Below are positions 24,843-38,544 of a stretch of 64,000 nucleotides of DNA, piece by piece. The stretch's first letter is position 1; every line of letters begins with the position of its first letter. A model generated the notes under the pieces. That model saw only the letters and a list, made by a program, of their open reading frames with translations, was not told the DNA's origin and searched no databases. A program made the position numbers and the translations under genes. This stretch comes from Vicugna vicugna (taxonomy: Eukaryota): the NCBI GenBank assembly GCA_013265495.1, contig MU058213.1:2914001-2978000 (forward strand). Direction: 5' to 3'.

Positions 24843-25180
24843 CAGGAAATAGAAATAAAAGCAAAAGTAAACAAATGGGACCTAATTAAACTTACAAGCT
24901 TTTGCACAGCAAAGGAAACCATAAGTAAAACAAAATGACAACCTACAGAATGGGAAAAAATATTTGCAAAAGATGAGACTGACAACAGCTTAATTTCTAG
25001 AATATACAAGCAACTCATACAACTCAATAACAAAAAAACAAATAACCCAATCCAAAAATGGGCAGAAGACCTAAACAAGCAATTCTCCAGTGAAGACATA
25101 CAAATGGCCAACAGGTACATGAAAAAAATGCTCAATATTGCTACTTACTAGAGAAATGCAAATCAAAACTACAATGAGAT
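24843..25180 (+). mobile_element. Young L1 ORF2 C-terminal segment
   Basis: aaataaaagcaaaagtaaacaaatgggacctaattaaacttacaagcttttgcacagcaaaggaaacc…aaatgcaaatcaaaactacaatgag. Confidence 0.9.
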
Positions 25181-25910
25181 ATGACCTCACATCCCTTAAG
25201 ATGCCTACTACTGGGGGAAAAAAAAGAACAGAAAATGACAAATGTTGGTGAGGATGTGGAGAAATTGGAACCTTTGTGCCCTGTTGGTGGGAATGTTACA
25301 GCTGCTATGGAAAACAGTACAGAGGTTCATCAAGAAGAAAGTAAGAACAGAATTATCATTTGATCCAGCAATCTCACTTTTGAGTATTTACTCAAAAGAA
25401 CTGAAAGCAGGATCTCAAAAAGATATTTGCACACCCATATTCATAGTCTTGTTATTTACAATAGTCAAGAGATGGGAGCAACTCAAGTGTTCATAGACAA
25501 ATAAATGGATAAACAAAATGTGGTGTATACGTACAATGGAATTTTCTTGAGCTTAAAGAGGGAAATGCTGTCATATGCTATAATATGGCTGAACCTTGAA
25601 GACATTATGTTAAGTGAAATCAATGAGTCACAAAAAGATGAATACTGAATATTATGATATGATATGTATAATATAATATGAGGTATCTAAGATAGTCATA
25701 CTCATAGAAACAGGCTTCCAGGGCTGAGAGGTAGGAAAAATAGGGAGTTGCTGTTTAATGGGTATATAGTTTAAGTTTCACAAAATGAAAAAGATGAAGG
25801 TCTGTTGCACAACAGTGTGATATACTTCATATTGTTGAACTGTACACTTAAAAATGGTAAAAGAAGGTAAATTTCATGTTATATGGTTTCAATCATTATT
25901 TTTTCAAATA
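25181..25910 (+). mobile_element. Older L1MB-type 3' end
   Basis: ggatgtggagaaattggaacc…gaaagcaggatctcaaaaagatatttgcacaccc…aactgtacacttaaaaatggtaaa. Confidence 0.85.
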
Positions 25911-27769
25911 AGAGGCAGATTCAATACCTCAGGAGTAGTAAGCTCTCCTTATTTCTTCCCACTCCTACCACCAAACAAATAAAGTTGACACATAAATTGA
26001 GAGGCTTGGCCTCAAGAGGCAAGTTCCTAACCTGACCCCATAGGACTAGGACATGAGTATCAAGAAAGCACTGTAGTCCCTGATGGGGCTGGAAGATCTT
26101 CAGGGCTTCTCGTGGTTTGATCAAGAAGGGCAGTGAGTGCCTCAGATGGGTGAGAGAGAATACTGTTGTTGAACAGAGGCCAGTTGGAGCAGCAGAGGTC
26201 AGGCCAGGAGAGAGATGCGTATCTGTGCCAGCAACAGCAAGTCTGTAGACTGCCCAAGAGGGAAATCTTTCCTCACCAATGTCCACAGACTGCAAGGAAC
26301 ATTGGATAATTGCTACCAGGGGACTATGAGATCCCATAATTTGTCTGTTAGAAGACACATAACTTTTGCTGATTTCCTTTGCTTCTATAACACTTCCTTC
26401 TGAAGCACTGTGGCTTGCAAGTGGTACAGTAACAGCTAGCTTTGGGCAACAGCCAGTGAAGGGGAAAGAACATTGTCTCTGGAGTCTGCATCCAGTTGTA
26501 CCACCTGCCAGCCAAGTAATCCAAGCAAGCGACTCCAACTTTCTCATAGTCGGTATACAGATCAGAAAAATAGGAATAGTAATGCCAACTCAGAGGGCTA
26601 CTACAAAGATAACAAGAGACAATACAGATGAAATCCCTAGCACAGTAGTTGTATACCTTGAAAAATGATGATCTGGATAAATCAAGCCCGGAAACTTTAA
26701 GGAATTCTATGCCACGTGATCACATACCAGTAACACCTTTTCAGCACCTGCGGGAAAGCATGCTGGATAGATCAGCACCATCCTTATCTCTCCCATTCAG
26801 CTTATGGACCCTCTCTGTCCTTCCCACCACATTAGTCAGAGACTGATTCTCCTAAAAGTCAGGACAGAGGCAGTAAGAAGGACACAATCACCAGGATCAG
26901 CACCGTCACATCCATGTTTTCATAAAAGACATTTGCATAATATGCAGCTTGAGTCTTATTACACCACTGCTCAGAAACGTTCCATGATTTCTGATATGCA
27001 TGCTCAAATATTTAGGGGGAACAGTAAGATGGATTAATGGACAGACAAACAGATGTGTTTAGAGATGTAATTATATACGCCAGTTCCTGGTTATAAAATT
27101 ATTTCAACTTTTCTCCATTGAAAATTTTCATAATAAAATATTGAGAGGGAAAAAAATTATCCATGGCTCCCTAAACACAGCAATTTATGTACAGAAGATG
27201 CTCAATACACATTGGTCGGATAAAACCACAAGCGGGTGATATTTTGACAGGTGACATTGTCCAGTGATGGAAAGAACACAAGTCCCAACAGGATTTAAAC
27301 AATGAGTTAGAACACAAGACCTGAGGAAAATGAGAACCTCTGATTCTTTTTCCGAATCTTGTCAATGTCCACTGCGAGTGGCTTTGCCTTTTATCTGGTG
27401 CATGTCCTGTGGAGCGCCACTATCTAGACAAGCAAGAATCCACGTGGATATGTGTTTATGCCAATTAGAATCTCATGTTCACTCTCTTCTCACTAGCTGA
27501 CTAACCACAATACGGGGATACACTCGGTACAAATTGTAGTCTCAACCCTGTTTTCAGTTTTCTATAAGACAGTCATCAAGTTATTCATCACCACTGTACT
27601 TTGGGTCCCACAACTGCCATACAGGAGTCATGTCAAAAATATTAAACAGTGATGGAACCAAAGTCAACAGCCCTGCCTCAGAGACACTGCCCCCGAGGCC
27701 TCTGCTGGATGTGGCCTCGGGCCCCCTGTAAGATATTACCCATATATTCACCCAGAAGAGATGTGGGGA

Positions 27770-28000
27770 CGATCAGCATAACTCCTGACCATTGTATGGT
27801 AGTTCAGAGTTACACAGGATTTTTCACATGTATTATCTTCTTTAACACACTTAACATTGCTCTTAGGTAATGCTGTCTCCCTTTTACAGATGAATAAACT
27901 GAGGGTCAACAACATTATAAAATTTCCTCAAGGTCCATATTGAAGTCAAGGACCAAGCCCAGGTCCTCTGGCTCTGAATCTCACTCTGTTCCCATTGCAT
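27770..28000 (-). mobile_element. MIR
   Basis: ttttcacatgtattatc…cttttacagatgaataaactgagggtca…aagcccaggtcctctggctctgaatc. Confidence 0.75.
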
Positions 28001-28584
28001 TGTCAACTATCTCACTCCTTAAACCACCAGGCCCTCCCATTAGATGTGGCTGTCACTTTAAATCAAAGTGACCTCTTCAGGTCACAAATTTAGGGCCTTT
28101 TATGATCTCTGTACCCTTTCCCAGCTGCCATTTTTACTCCCACAGCAAATGAAGGATGAACACCACTGACTCAGGACACTCTGGAAACTTTTCTTTCCCT
28201 CACTGAGGATACCCTGTCATTCATGTCCAACAAGGCAAAGGAAGAGTTTCAAGAGCCAGTTTTAAGGTAAATATATTCAACTGTACTCCAAGACCTCCTT
28301 CTAGGCAGAAGGTGCATCTAGGCATCTCCAGCATGCAGGTAGGCACTTGGCGACAGCAAAGATGACTCTTAAACACACATCCTCATAAAATATTGAAGGA
28401 TAGAACTTTCCAAAGTCTCCTGAACCTGAGAGTGCAAAGGGATGCCCACAGAAGTTCAATTAAGTAAACATCTAACACTTCTGAAGACATAGCCAATATG
28501 TTAAATAGGAAAAATACACCACAGGAATTGCCAAATAGATGGAAACTATAGGGAATGAGAGATGAGGAGAGTGGCAGTGAGAAG

Positions 28585-28772
28585 TATGTTGCAAGGGTTT
28601 TGCTTGCTGCATCGCATTTAATCCTCACAGCCACCTTGCCAAGTAGGTATTACTATTCCATTTCAAAGTTGAAGAAACTGAGGCAGAGTAACTAGGGTAA
28701 ATGTTCACGGTCAACTAGTAGGTGACAATCAGACAACCCAGGTCTGTCTGAATCCAGCGATCATTTTACCAC
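28585..28772 (-). mobile_element. MIR
   Basis: atttaatcctcacagccacc..gtaggtattactattcca..gaagaaactgaggcagag. Confidence 0.8.
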
Positions 28773-29519
28773 TGAGGACAAGGAGAGGTTAGGGTTAGAG
28801 AGATGTCAGGAGTCTTACAGGTTCCTTCTTTTGGAAAAATTTCATAATTCATTGTTCACCAGTCAAACCACTGGTACCTCTAAAGACTGCCCTGTGTCAA
28901 TTTCACAGTCCTTTTCCAGCTTCTGAAACACCACGACGCTCACGGACAGGACTTCTCAGTCTCCCCTCTCCAGAGTCACCTGAGCCCACACCAGCGTTAG
29001 TAATGGAATCCAGCAGCAGATCTTCAGCATCATTTCCCAGTCACATGCCTGGTTTCCTGGCAAGGATTTAGGTCATCCTAGCTGTCTTTGTCAAAGGGTG
29101 TCAAGCAGAAATCAGAAAGCCACTTAAGTCAGATCACACAGATCGTTCTGACACCAGTATCACAATGTTCACTTTACCTAGAAGTGGAAAAGAGGTTTGT
29201 GCTACCAAAATTCATACTAGTCAGATTGGCTCCAGTAAGAGAGAAGGTGGCCAAGCTGACCAGAATTGCTGGACTCTGGACCATCCAAGAGACTCATAGT
29301 GTGCTAGGGCTGGTGGACAAAATAGTAGAGGTCTCTGTCTGGTGGTTTTCACAGAGAGGACACCCAGCTGATTTCATCCATTTACACTTTAGCTTTCCTG
29401 GTGGATTTTTTTTGAAATCTGCTGCAGGAAAAGAAGAATTCTTGAAAAGGGTCTATTTACTCTAAGTCTTTCATCTTACCCATGGGAAACTGGGGCTCCC
29501 ACACATGGGGCTTGCTCAA

Positions 29520-29905
29520 GGTCACCCTAATAGGCAAGATGGGTAGGGTTACGCCACTGTAAGAAGAACTTCAAAAATCCAAGTGGCTTAACACTGCAAA
29601 GGTATATTTCTCCCACTCCCCACCCAAGACATCTCTTCATCATTCCTCAGGGGCCCAGGCTAACAGAGGCTCCGTCTTAGCACACGCTTGCATGATGACC
29701 ACAGCAAGGAACAGGTGTTGACACCAGGCAGTAACAAGTCAATGCGTCTACCTACAAGTGACATATGACTCTTCCACTCACATTTCAGTGCCAAAGGAAG
29801 TCACCTGGCCACACCTGACTCCAAGAGGCTAGAGAAGTTCAATTCTGGTGCCGAGCCAAAGGGAAGAGAGCAGCAATGCTCGTGACCAGCCCAGTGACAA
29901 CCAGA
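29520..29905 (-). mobile_element. MLT1K/L-like MaLR LTR inserted in a MIR
   Basis: agtggcttaacactgcaaaggtatatttctc…ccactcacatttcagtgccaaaggaagtcacctggccacacctgac; MIR halves at about 29470-29520 and 29905-29960. Confidence 0.7.
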
Positions 29906-30439
29906 GTCACATAGCTAGTTAAGTACAGAACCAAAACCAGAACTCTAGTCTTCCAACAGCCTGTTCATATGTTGCTCTATTTCCCTGCCCTTCAAGACCT
30001 AGATAAGTTCTACCTACTTTGCAAAGCTCTCCCTGACCTCCCTGCCTCCACTTCGCTTGTTCCCGTCTTCCCACTCCTTTGGTTCTTTAAACTGTACGTG
30101 GATACATTGATAACTTTCCTCAAATGAAACCCAACATCTACCTTTCTTTTAATCTAAGGGGGTAAACATACATGTGCACTGAACACACTTACACAGGCAC
30201 ACTACACACACACACGTACATACAGTTCTAGAGAAACTTCTTCCTTGATGCTGGATCCTATAGTCACAAAAATGGGTGCTGGAAAGAGAAAGAGATTTCT
30301 CTCCTGGACTCAGTAGACTAGAAGACATGGAGAATTTAAGCTAAAAAGGGACAGTCCCAAGCTTAAGAAGGGACAGTACAAACTAAGTCATGAAATGCAT
30401 TTTGGCTCTATGAAACAATGTTTGCTAGGTTGGATATTA

Positions 30440-30925
30440 TTTAGTCTGTTTTGTTCTACAATCAGCATTCATTCCCATTCCTCTTCTGTGCTCGCCCCAT
30501 ATCACAGGGGTGGGGGGACACCTAGAACTACAGTTTGCAGATTCCCTTGACTGCAGACAGATTGATGTGGCTTACGTTCTGCCAGTGAGATGCATTAATA
30601 TGCGATGTGGGAGGAGGAAAAGAGGCAGAAGCCATTTTCCTTTCCCTCCAGCGGTAGCACCAGATATGTGGCCTCTGCACAAATGAGTTTTTCAACAGCC
30701 TGTGCATTCCCCTGCCATTCACTTATCTCAGGATGTGAAGAAGCTGTGAAGTCAGCAGCAGTTCCCTGCAGGTTTCTGTCTCTCAGGTAAAAGCACTCTG
30801 ACTCTGGACCACGGGAGCATGGCAAAATTGAAACCTGATGTCTGATCCCCTGATTTTCACTCCTTCAGGTTTCATATGGATTTGTAAGCACCCAAATACC
30901 TGAATAAAACAATATAAAATTCCTA
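30440..30925 (+). mobile_element. ERVL LTR (LTR33/LTR41-like)
   Basis: gaactacagtttgcagattcccttg…ttctgccagtgagatgca…aagaggcagaagccattttcc; AATAAA near 30903. Confidence 0.55.
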
Positions 30926-31099
30926 TTTTCCTGCCTGAACCCCAAATGAAACAATTTATCTTTTTTATCATTTACTTCTGATTATGAAAGTAATACATGA
31001 AGTATAAGAAATAAATTTAAAGCAAGTATAACCCACCACCCAGATATTACCCTGTCCATATATTGATATATTTTATCCTACTTTCTTTTCTATACAACA

Positions 31100-32500
31100 C
31101 TGTTCCAGACCTAATTCAAGGAGATTTCCATATGTATATAAATGATTCCAACACCCCTAGCCTTTCAGTTTCTAGAACCCCTCTCCTCAAATGACCTTGT
31201 CCTCCATCTTGCCTCAGCCACTCACTCCCACGGCCATGTCCATAATGACCTTGACACTGCCAATAACTGCAACACCTCCCCCCTCCATGAACTCGTTTTC
31301 ATGCATCTCATTCCCTGACCACCACCTTCCTTTCCAGTTCACACCCTCTTGTACCCAGACCCCACCAATACTAAGACCCCAATTCATGGGTCCTACCAAC
31401 TTCTCATTCTCCCCGATCTGTTCATATCTACTCTTCCTTCTTTACCCAGCTTATTCTATGGAAGATAATTATAATCGAGTCACTCCTCTGTATCCCTTCA
31501 TCTCCTTTGCCCCTCTCTTATGTCATTACATTTGCTATAGCAAAACCACAATACTAATTAAATCCAGCTTGCCATCAACACCATGCCTGCCCCAGTGCAG
31601 CTGGATGTGACTAAAGAAACACATAAAACTTGTGATAACTGGCTCAGCTTAAATCTACAAGCACGAACCTCAAATAGGCTCTTAATGCTGTCCAACAATC
31701 ATACTTTATTTTCTTAGTCTGTATACTGTTTTATCAGTCTGGATGACTATTTCATGTCTCCTCCTCTCTTCTATCTCTAAACACTATACCCCCGATCATC
31801 ATTCTCAACCAAAGACCTCGACTCCTACTTTGTCAAGAAAATCCTCAGTACTTTATCTATCCATCTACAGGGTCTGTGCTCTTACACTGTGCCTTTCTGC
31901 CTGTTCCAAACTTCAACTATTTATGATCCTCTCTGAAAAGCCAGTGTCCCCCCCTCATCCTCTAGATCCTATTCCCTCAAGCCCAGTCACAGACATCATT
32001 CCAGCAATTCTCACCATTCACTCCCATGTTGATATCCTCACTCCCGTAAATCTTCCCCAGCAGAAATGTGTTTCATTTACCCATCCTTTAAAATCAAACC
32101 CTCTTTTAAACCCACTTCCCCTGACAACTTATATCCAATTATTTGCTCTTCTTTGTAGCAACACTTCCCAAAAGAGCTGTCTTTCCTTGCTTTGAAAAAT
32201 TCCTCTTTCCATTTTTAGTTAAACCTACTGAAATAAGATGTTTGCCCACTACCTCAGTGAAGCTTGTCCGGTTGAGATTACAGCTGACCTCCACGGTGCT
32301 AATTCCAGTGTCATCCTGGTCTTTATCTTTTTCACATTTCCAGAACACCACACTCTCCTAGATTTCCTCCTGCCTCACAGGTCCCTCCTCCTCAGTTTCC
32401 CTGTAGGTTCTTCCTCTTATCTTAACCCTCTTAGTTTCGCAGTGCCCCAGGACTCTGCCTTTGCTATTCATGCTCTTTGGGGATTTTATCTAGTCTGATG
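31100..32500 (+). mobile_element. Long L2 fragment including an endonuclease remnant
   Basis: LIQGDFHMYIND at 31111; HSHGH motif; C/T-rich L2 body. Confidence 0.75.
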
Positions 32501-32502
32501 GC

Positions 32503-32962
32503 TTTTTTTTTATTGAAGTACCATCAGTTATAGTGTGTCAATTTCCTAGTCATGCATAAACATATATATATTCATTTTCATATTCTTTTTCATTAAAGGT
32601 TTTTACAAGATATTGAACAGTTCCCTGTGCTATACTAAAGAAACTTTTTAAAATCTATTTTTATATATAGTGGCTAACATTTCTAAATATCAAACTCCCA
32701 AATTTATCCCTTCCCACTCCCCTTCCTGGAAACCATAAGATTGTTTACTATGTCTGAGAGCCTGTTTCTGTTTTGTAGATGAGTTCATGGTGTCCTTTTT
32801 TGTCCTTTTTTTTTTTTTAGTTTCCACATATGAGTGATATCATACAGTATTTTTCTTTCTCTTTCTGGCTTATTTCACTTAGTTTGACAATCTCCAGGCC
32901 CATCTATGTTGATGCAGATGGCATTATTTTATTCTTTTTTATGGCTGAGTAGTATTCCATTC
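32503..32962 (-). mobile_element. Young L1 3' end
   Basis: Poly-T followed by the reverse complement of the camelid-like 3' UTR (…ggcattattttattctttttatggctgagtagtattccatt). Confidence 0.9.
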
Positions 32963-34029
32963 TTCATCACTGACTAGTTTTCCATTGGGATCACCTCTTG
33001 AATAAACAACTTTCACTTATATCCTTATCACAGAGTATGCTTTTTTTTTTTAAGGAACACAAGCCAGAAGAAGGCATTTGGATCAATGTTAGTCAAAATT
33101 GTGTGTTACATAATCCCTTAAGTTTCCCCAGGGGTGCTCATGAGTGCTCATAAAGTAGAATTCAGTAGGAATTCCAAAGCATCTCAAAAACTACCCAATG
33201 CAGTTTTATTTGTATCTGTTTTACATACACTGTGGCTCCCTTGTAAGATTTCTACATATAAGATATAATAAAGCTTCCCCTGAAAAATGTAAAACTTTGG
33301 ATACTATGAAACCAGAGATCTCCAGCCATCTCTAAGGTCCTTCTTAGTGCTAATATTTGGTCCTTCTATCAACACGCTTGTGAGTATTCATACCTTAGGA
33401 AGTTTTCCACATTCAGCTTTTGCTATAGGTTGTTAGAAGCTTCTCATGGAGGTAGCAAAACTGTTACATTTGGAAGATTTCCCAGCAAATTAAAAATGTA
33501 TCCACCTGGGCTCATTGCAGTACCTCATACCTGGCTAGGTGTCACTGCCTGGAGATGATCCTCTTCCTCCTGGAAAGCAGAATGTCACTCACACCCACAA
33601 GACTTGTTTCTCTCCTGCCACCTCTTGCCTAAACATCACAGGCAGTGATAACGTGGCTGAGGGATGAATGGATTGAAAAGGAATTTTGCTCTCCTACTTT
33701 CTTCCCCAGTTAGAATCAGGCCAAGTATTTCACATTTTATTAGGGAGCTGAGCCACTGATGACTTTCACTGGGGAGTTGGCATTTTTAACATGCTCCTAT
33801 TGTGCAAGCAAGGCTTGTTTGTTCATCATAAATTACATCACGTTTAGCTTGGCTGCAGGGTGTACCAATATGGACAAAAATATGCTAATAACTGCATTCC
33901 CTATTCCCCAACATTCACAGCTTTTCTGCTGATATTTGCTTGACTCCACATGCACTAATCTAATTAAATCCTTGATTATATAAGTCATTATAAGAATTCC
34001 CAGATTCCATGATAGTCCCTTATTGTCCA

Positions 34030-34870
34030 CGTTCTAATCCTTAAGGCTGTCCACATCTCCTGTTTCTCCCCTTCCTTTTCACTCCTGCCAAACTCTTGAA
34101 ACCAGTCTGCTGTGCTCTCTAGAATTCAGTCAGCCATCCTCAAAATGCCTTCTCTCTACTTTCTAACTCTACCTTTATTATTTCGTTTTAACTAAATCCT
34201 GTCTTCCATGATGATGCTCCTTCCATGAAGCTCTCACAGTGGAGCCTGTTTTTTCTTCCACAACCATCAAACCACTGGACTTAGGGGTGCAGGAGATACC
34301 ATTCTTGCTCTTCATTGCCATTTTAGTTCTCCCTCCCTCTTCCCTAAAAATGTCCAGCTTTGAATCTCAAGTCATCAGATTATATCACCTCTGATCCTTC
34401 ATCCTTCTTACTGTTATCCAGCAACCCCCAAGATGATCTCACCTGTTTCTCACTGATTTTAGTTCTTGGTTCACTGTCATTCTACTCTTGTTTTAATTTT
34501 TGGCAATTTCAACACACTTATAAATGATCTTCCAAATACCCTGGCCTCTGTGTCTCTCAACTTCCTCTTCCCCATCATCTTGTCCTTCATCCTATCACTG
34601 ACTCCCAAGGTCATATGCTGGTCCTTGTCATTACTTTACTGAAATACTCAGACTCCAACTAACATATCATTCCACCAGATGGCATCAACCTGCATGCTCT
34701 GCCTTCCACATAGAAAACACATTCCTATTGAAAGCTTTCCCCTCCAGTTTCACACTAAACTCTACTCCATTCACCAATCAAAAGACTTCTCCTCATTAAT
34801 TTTTTTCATTTCTACTGAATCTTTCCAAACAGTACACAAACATATCCTTATTTTCCCATCTTCAAAAAAA
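34030..34870 (+). mobile_element. L2 5' (endonuclease) region
   Basis: VLIFGNFNTLIND at about 34490; SQGHMLVLVIT at about 34603. Confidence 0.7.
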
Positions 34871-34959
34871 GTAAAAGGTCCTCCTGGCTTAGAAAGAGGT
34901 TTTTTAAATTATTTTTTGTTCATTTAGTTCCCATTTTTAAAAAATTGTTGTTTATTTAT

Positions 34960-37745
34960 CCAGAAAACAAAAGTTCAGGACTGGATGACTTCAAAGGGGA
35001 ATTCTACTAAACATAAAGAAGAGCTAATACCTATCCTTTCAAACTATTCCAAAAAAAAAATGAAAATCAAGTAACACTTCTAAGTTCATTCTAGGCAGTC
35101 ACCATTACCTTGATACCAAAACCAGACAAAGACACTACAAAAAAAGAAAATTACAGGCCAGTATCTTTGATGAATGTAGATGCAAAAATCCTCAACAAAA
35201 TATTAACAAACCAAATCCAACAATATTTACAAGGATCATACACCATGACCAAGTGGGACTCATTCCAGGGATGCAATATTCACAATTAAATCAATTAATG
35301 TGATACACTACATTAACCAAATGAAGATAAAAATTACAGGATCATCTCACTGGACACATAAAATGCATTTAACAAAATTCAACATCCATTCATGATAAAA
35401 ACTCTCATCAAAGTCGGTAGGGAGGGAGCATAGCTTAACATAATAAAGGCTATACATGACAAACCCACAGCTAACATCATACTCAGTGGTGAAAAGTTGA
35501 AAGCTCTTCCTCTAAAATCAGGAACAAGCCAAGAATGCCCATTCTCTCCACTTTCATTTAACACAATATTGGAAGTCCTAGCCACAGCAAGCAGATCAGA
35601 AAAAGATAAAAGTCATCCACATTGAAAGGGAAGAAAACTGTCACTATTTACAGATGACATAAAACTACACATAGAAGACTCTAAAGTCTCCATCAAAAAA
35701 CTATTAGAACTAATAAATGGTTTCAGTAAAGTTGCAGGATACAAGGTTAATATACAGAAATTTTCTATAGACTAATAATGAACTATCAAAAAGAGAAAGC
35801 AAGAAAACAAATTCTGTTTAAAATTGCAACAAAAAGAATAAAATACTGCAGGAATAAACTTAACCAAGGAGGTGAACAACCTATACTCTGATAACATAAA
35901 GCACTGATGAAGGAAACTGAAGATTACACAAAGAAATGGAAAGATATCCTGTGTTCACAGATTAGAAGAATATTGTTAAAATGTCCATAAGAGCCAAAGC
36001 AGTGTACAGATTTAATGCAATCCCTATCAAAATACCCATGAAATTCTTTACACATCTAGAACAAATAATCCTAAAATTTATATGGAACTACAAAAGATGC
36101 CAAATAGCCAAAGCAATCTTGAGAAAAAAGCACAAAACTGAAGGCATCACACTCCCTGACTTCAGACCACAATACAAATCTACAGTAATCAAAACAGTAT
36201 GATGGTACTGGCACAAAAACAGACACCTAGATCAGTAGAACAGAATAGAGAGTCCAGAAATAAACCCACACACCTACGGTTAATTCATCTACAACAAAGT
36301 GGGGGAGAACACACAATGGAGAAAAGAGAGTCTACAATAAATGGCGCTGGTAAAACTGGACAGCTCCGCGTAAAAGAATGAAATTAGGACATCCTCTAAC
36401 ACGATACACAAAAATAACTTCAAAATGGATTAAAGACCTAAATGTAAGACTGGATACTATAAAACTCCTCGAAGAAAACATAGGCAGAACACTCGCTGAC
36501 ATAAATTGCAGCAATATTTTTTTGGATCTAGTCTCCTAAGGCAGAGGGGAAAAAAAGTGAAAATAAACAAATGGGACTTAATAAAACTTAAAAGCTTTTG
36601 CACAGCAAAGGAAATCATCGACACAATGAAAAGACAACCTACTGAATGGGAGAAAATATTTGCAAATAATATGATCAATAGGGAGTTAATATCCAAACTG
36701 TATAAATAGCTCATAAAATTCAATGTCAAAAAAGCAAACAACCCGATTAAAAAATGAACTGAAGAACTGAAGAGACAATTTTCCAAAGAAGACATATGGA
36801 TGGCCAATGTAAAGATGCTCAACATGGTTAATCATCAGAGAAAGACAAATCAAAACCACAATGAGGTTTCACCTCACACCTGTCAGAATGGCTATCATCA
36901 AGAAGAACACAAATAACAAATGTCAGTGAGGATATGGAGAAAAGGAAACCCTAGTACACTGTTGGCAGGATTGTAAATTGGTGCAGCCATTATGGAAAAC
37001 ACTATGGATGTTCCTCCAAAAAATTAAAAATAGAACTACCATATGACCCAGCAATTCCACTCCTAGGTATATATCCAAAGAAAATGAAAACACTAATTTG
37101 AAAAGATATATCCACCCCAATGTTCATAGAAGCGTTATTTACAATAGGCAAGATATGGAAGCAACCTAAGGGTTCAACTATAAATGGATAAAGGAGATAT
37201 GATGTGTGTGTGTATACATTTTATATATATATATATCTCTCCATTTTCTGTATGTATGTGTGTGTGTGTATGTGTATGTGTGCATATATATATATATGCA
37301 GACACACACACATACATACACATACATGACCGGGACAATAAACCATAAAAAAGAATGAAATTTTGCCATTTGCAACAATATGATTGGACCTGGGGGGCAT
37401 TCTGCTTAGTGAACTAAGCCAGATCAAAAAGACAATTACTGCATGTTATTTGTATGTGGAACCTAAAAAACTGAAACAAATGAATGAATATAATAAAATA
37501 GAAACAGACTTACAGATACAAAGAACTAGGGGAGGGGCAAATTAGGGGCAGGGGATTAAGAGTTACAAACTACTTTACATAAAATTTAAAAGCTACAAGT
37601 ATAAACTTTATAGCACAGGGAATATAGCCAATATTTTATAAGAACTTTAAGTAGAGTATAATTTTTTTAATATTAGATCACTATGTTGTTCACCTGAAAC
37701 TAATACAATATTGTAAATCAACTATACTTCAATAAAAAAAATTTT
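34960..37745 (+). mobile_element. 5'-truncated L1 (ORF2 RT to 3' UTR), disrupted
   Basis: [13 protein letters not shown] and [18 protein letters not shown] peptides; 3' end cacctgaaactaatacaatattgtaaatcaactatacttcaataaaaaaa. Confidence 0.95.
37202..37328. repeat. Compound (TG)/(TA)/(CA) microsatellite inside the L1 3' region
   Basis: Direct observation. Confidence 0.9.
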
Positions 37746-37784
37746 TTTAAAGAAGCCAAATAGATTTGGGAAAACAAACAAAAA

Positions 37785-38350
37785 TAATAAATAGAACAAC
37801 TATATGACCCAGTAATCCTACTTCCAGAAATTTATCCAACAAAGGATTTCAATCAGGATCTCAACGAGACAGTACCACTCCCATGTTCATTGCAGCACTA
37901 TTCACAACTGTCCAGATGTGTAAACAACCTAAATACCCACCAATAAATTAATGGATAAGGAAAACATGTTTTATACATATAACAAAATGTTATTCAGCCT
38001 TTAAAAAGATATGCCCTGCAATATGCAATGGGATAGATGAACCTGGAAGGCATTATGGAAAATGAAATAAGCCAATCACAGGACAGAAACTGTATGATTC
38101 CAGTTATATGAACTACCTAAAACAGTCAAAGTCATAGAAGCAGAGAGCAGAATGGTGGTTGCCGGGGGTGAGGGGAGGGGAAAATGGGGAGCTGCTAATT
38201 GATGGGCATAAAGCTTTAGTAACACAAGAGGAGCAAATTCTAGAGGTCTACCATACAACCTTGTGCCTATAGTTGACATTGTACACTTAAAATTTTGTTA
38301 AGTGGGTAGATCTCAGTGATAAATGTTCGTACTACAATAAAGTAAAAATT
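37785..38350 (+). mobile_element. Older L1MA/MB 3' end
   Basis: ccatgttcattgcagcactattcacaa…catagaagcagagagcagaatggtggttgcc…gtacacttaaaattttgttaag. Confidence 0.85.
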
Positions 38351-38544
38351 AATTTTTTTTCAAAATAGATTGGGCTCATTCTTTGGTCAGAGTCTCTACT
38401 CCATCCTTACTCTCATGGCCATCAAAGTTGTATGATTTTTAAATACCATAATTATGGTGAAGACATTCAAATGGGTATCAGTCATCCAAATACTTCTATT
38501 AAACCCCAGTCTTATATATCCAACTGCTTACTTGACATCACATG

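Noticed and set aside
25921..26547. 208-aa minus-strand ORF
   Set aside because: No recognisable domain, begins in MIR-derived sequence and has a composition typical of a chance ORF.
29088..29465. 125-aa ORF and a possible minus-strand exon (29177-29424)
   Set aside because: Non-ATG start, no homology recognised and only moderate splice signals.
37245..37328. Apparent hairpin/inverted repeat (TG..TA..CA)
   Set aside because: An ordinary compound microsatellite at a position in L1 3' ends that commonly expands.
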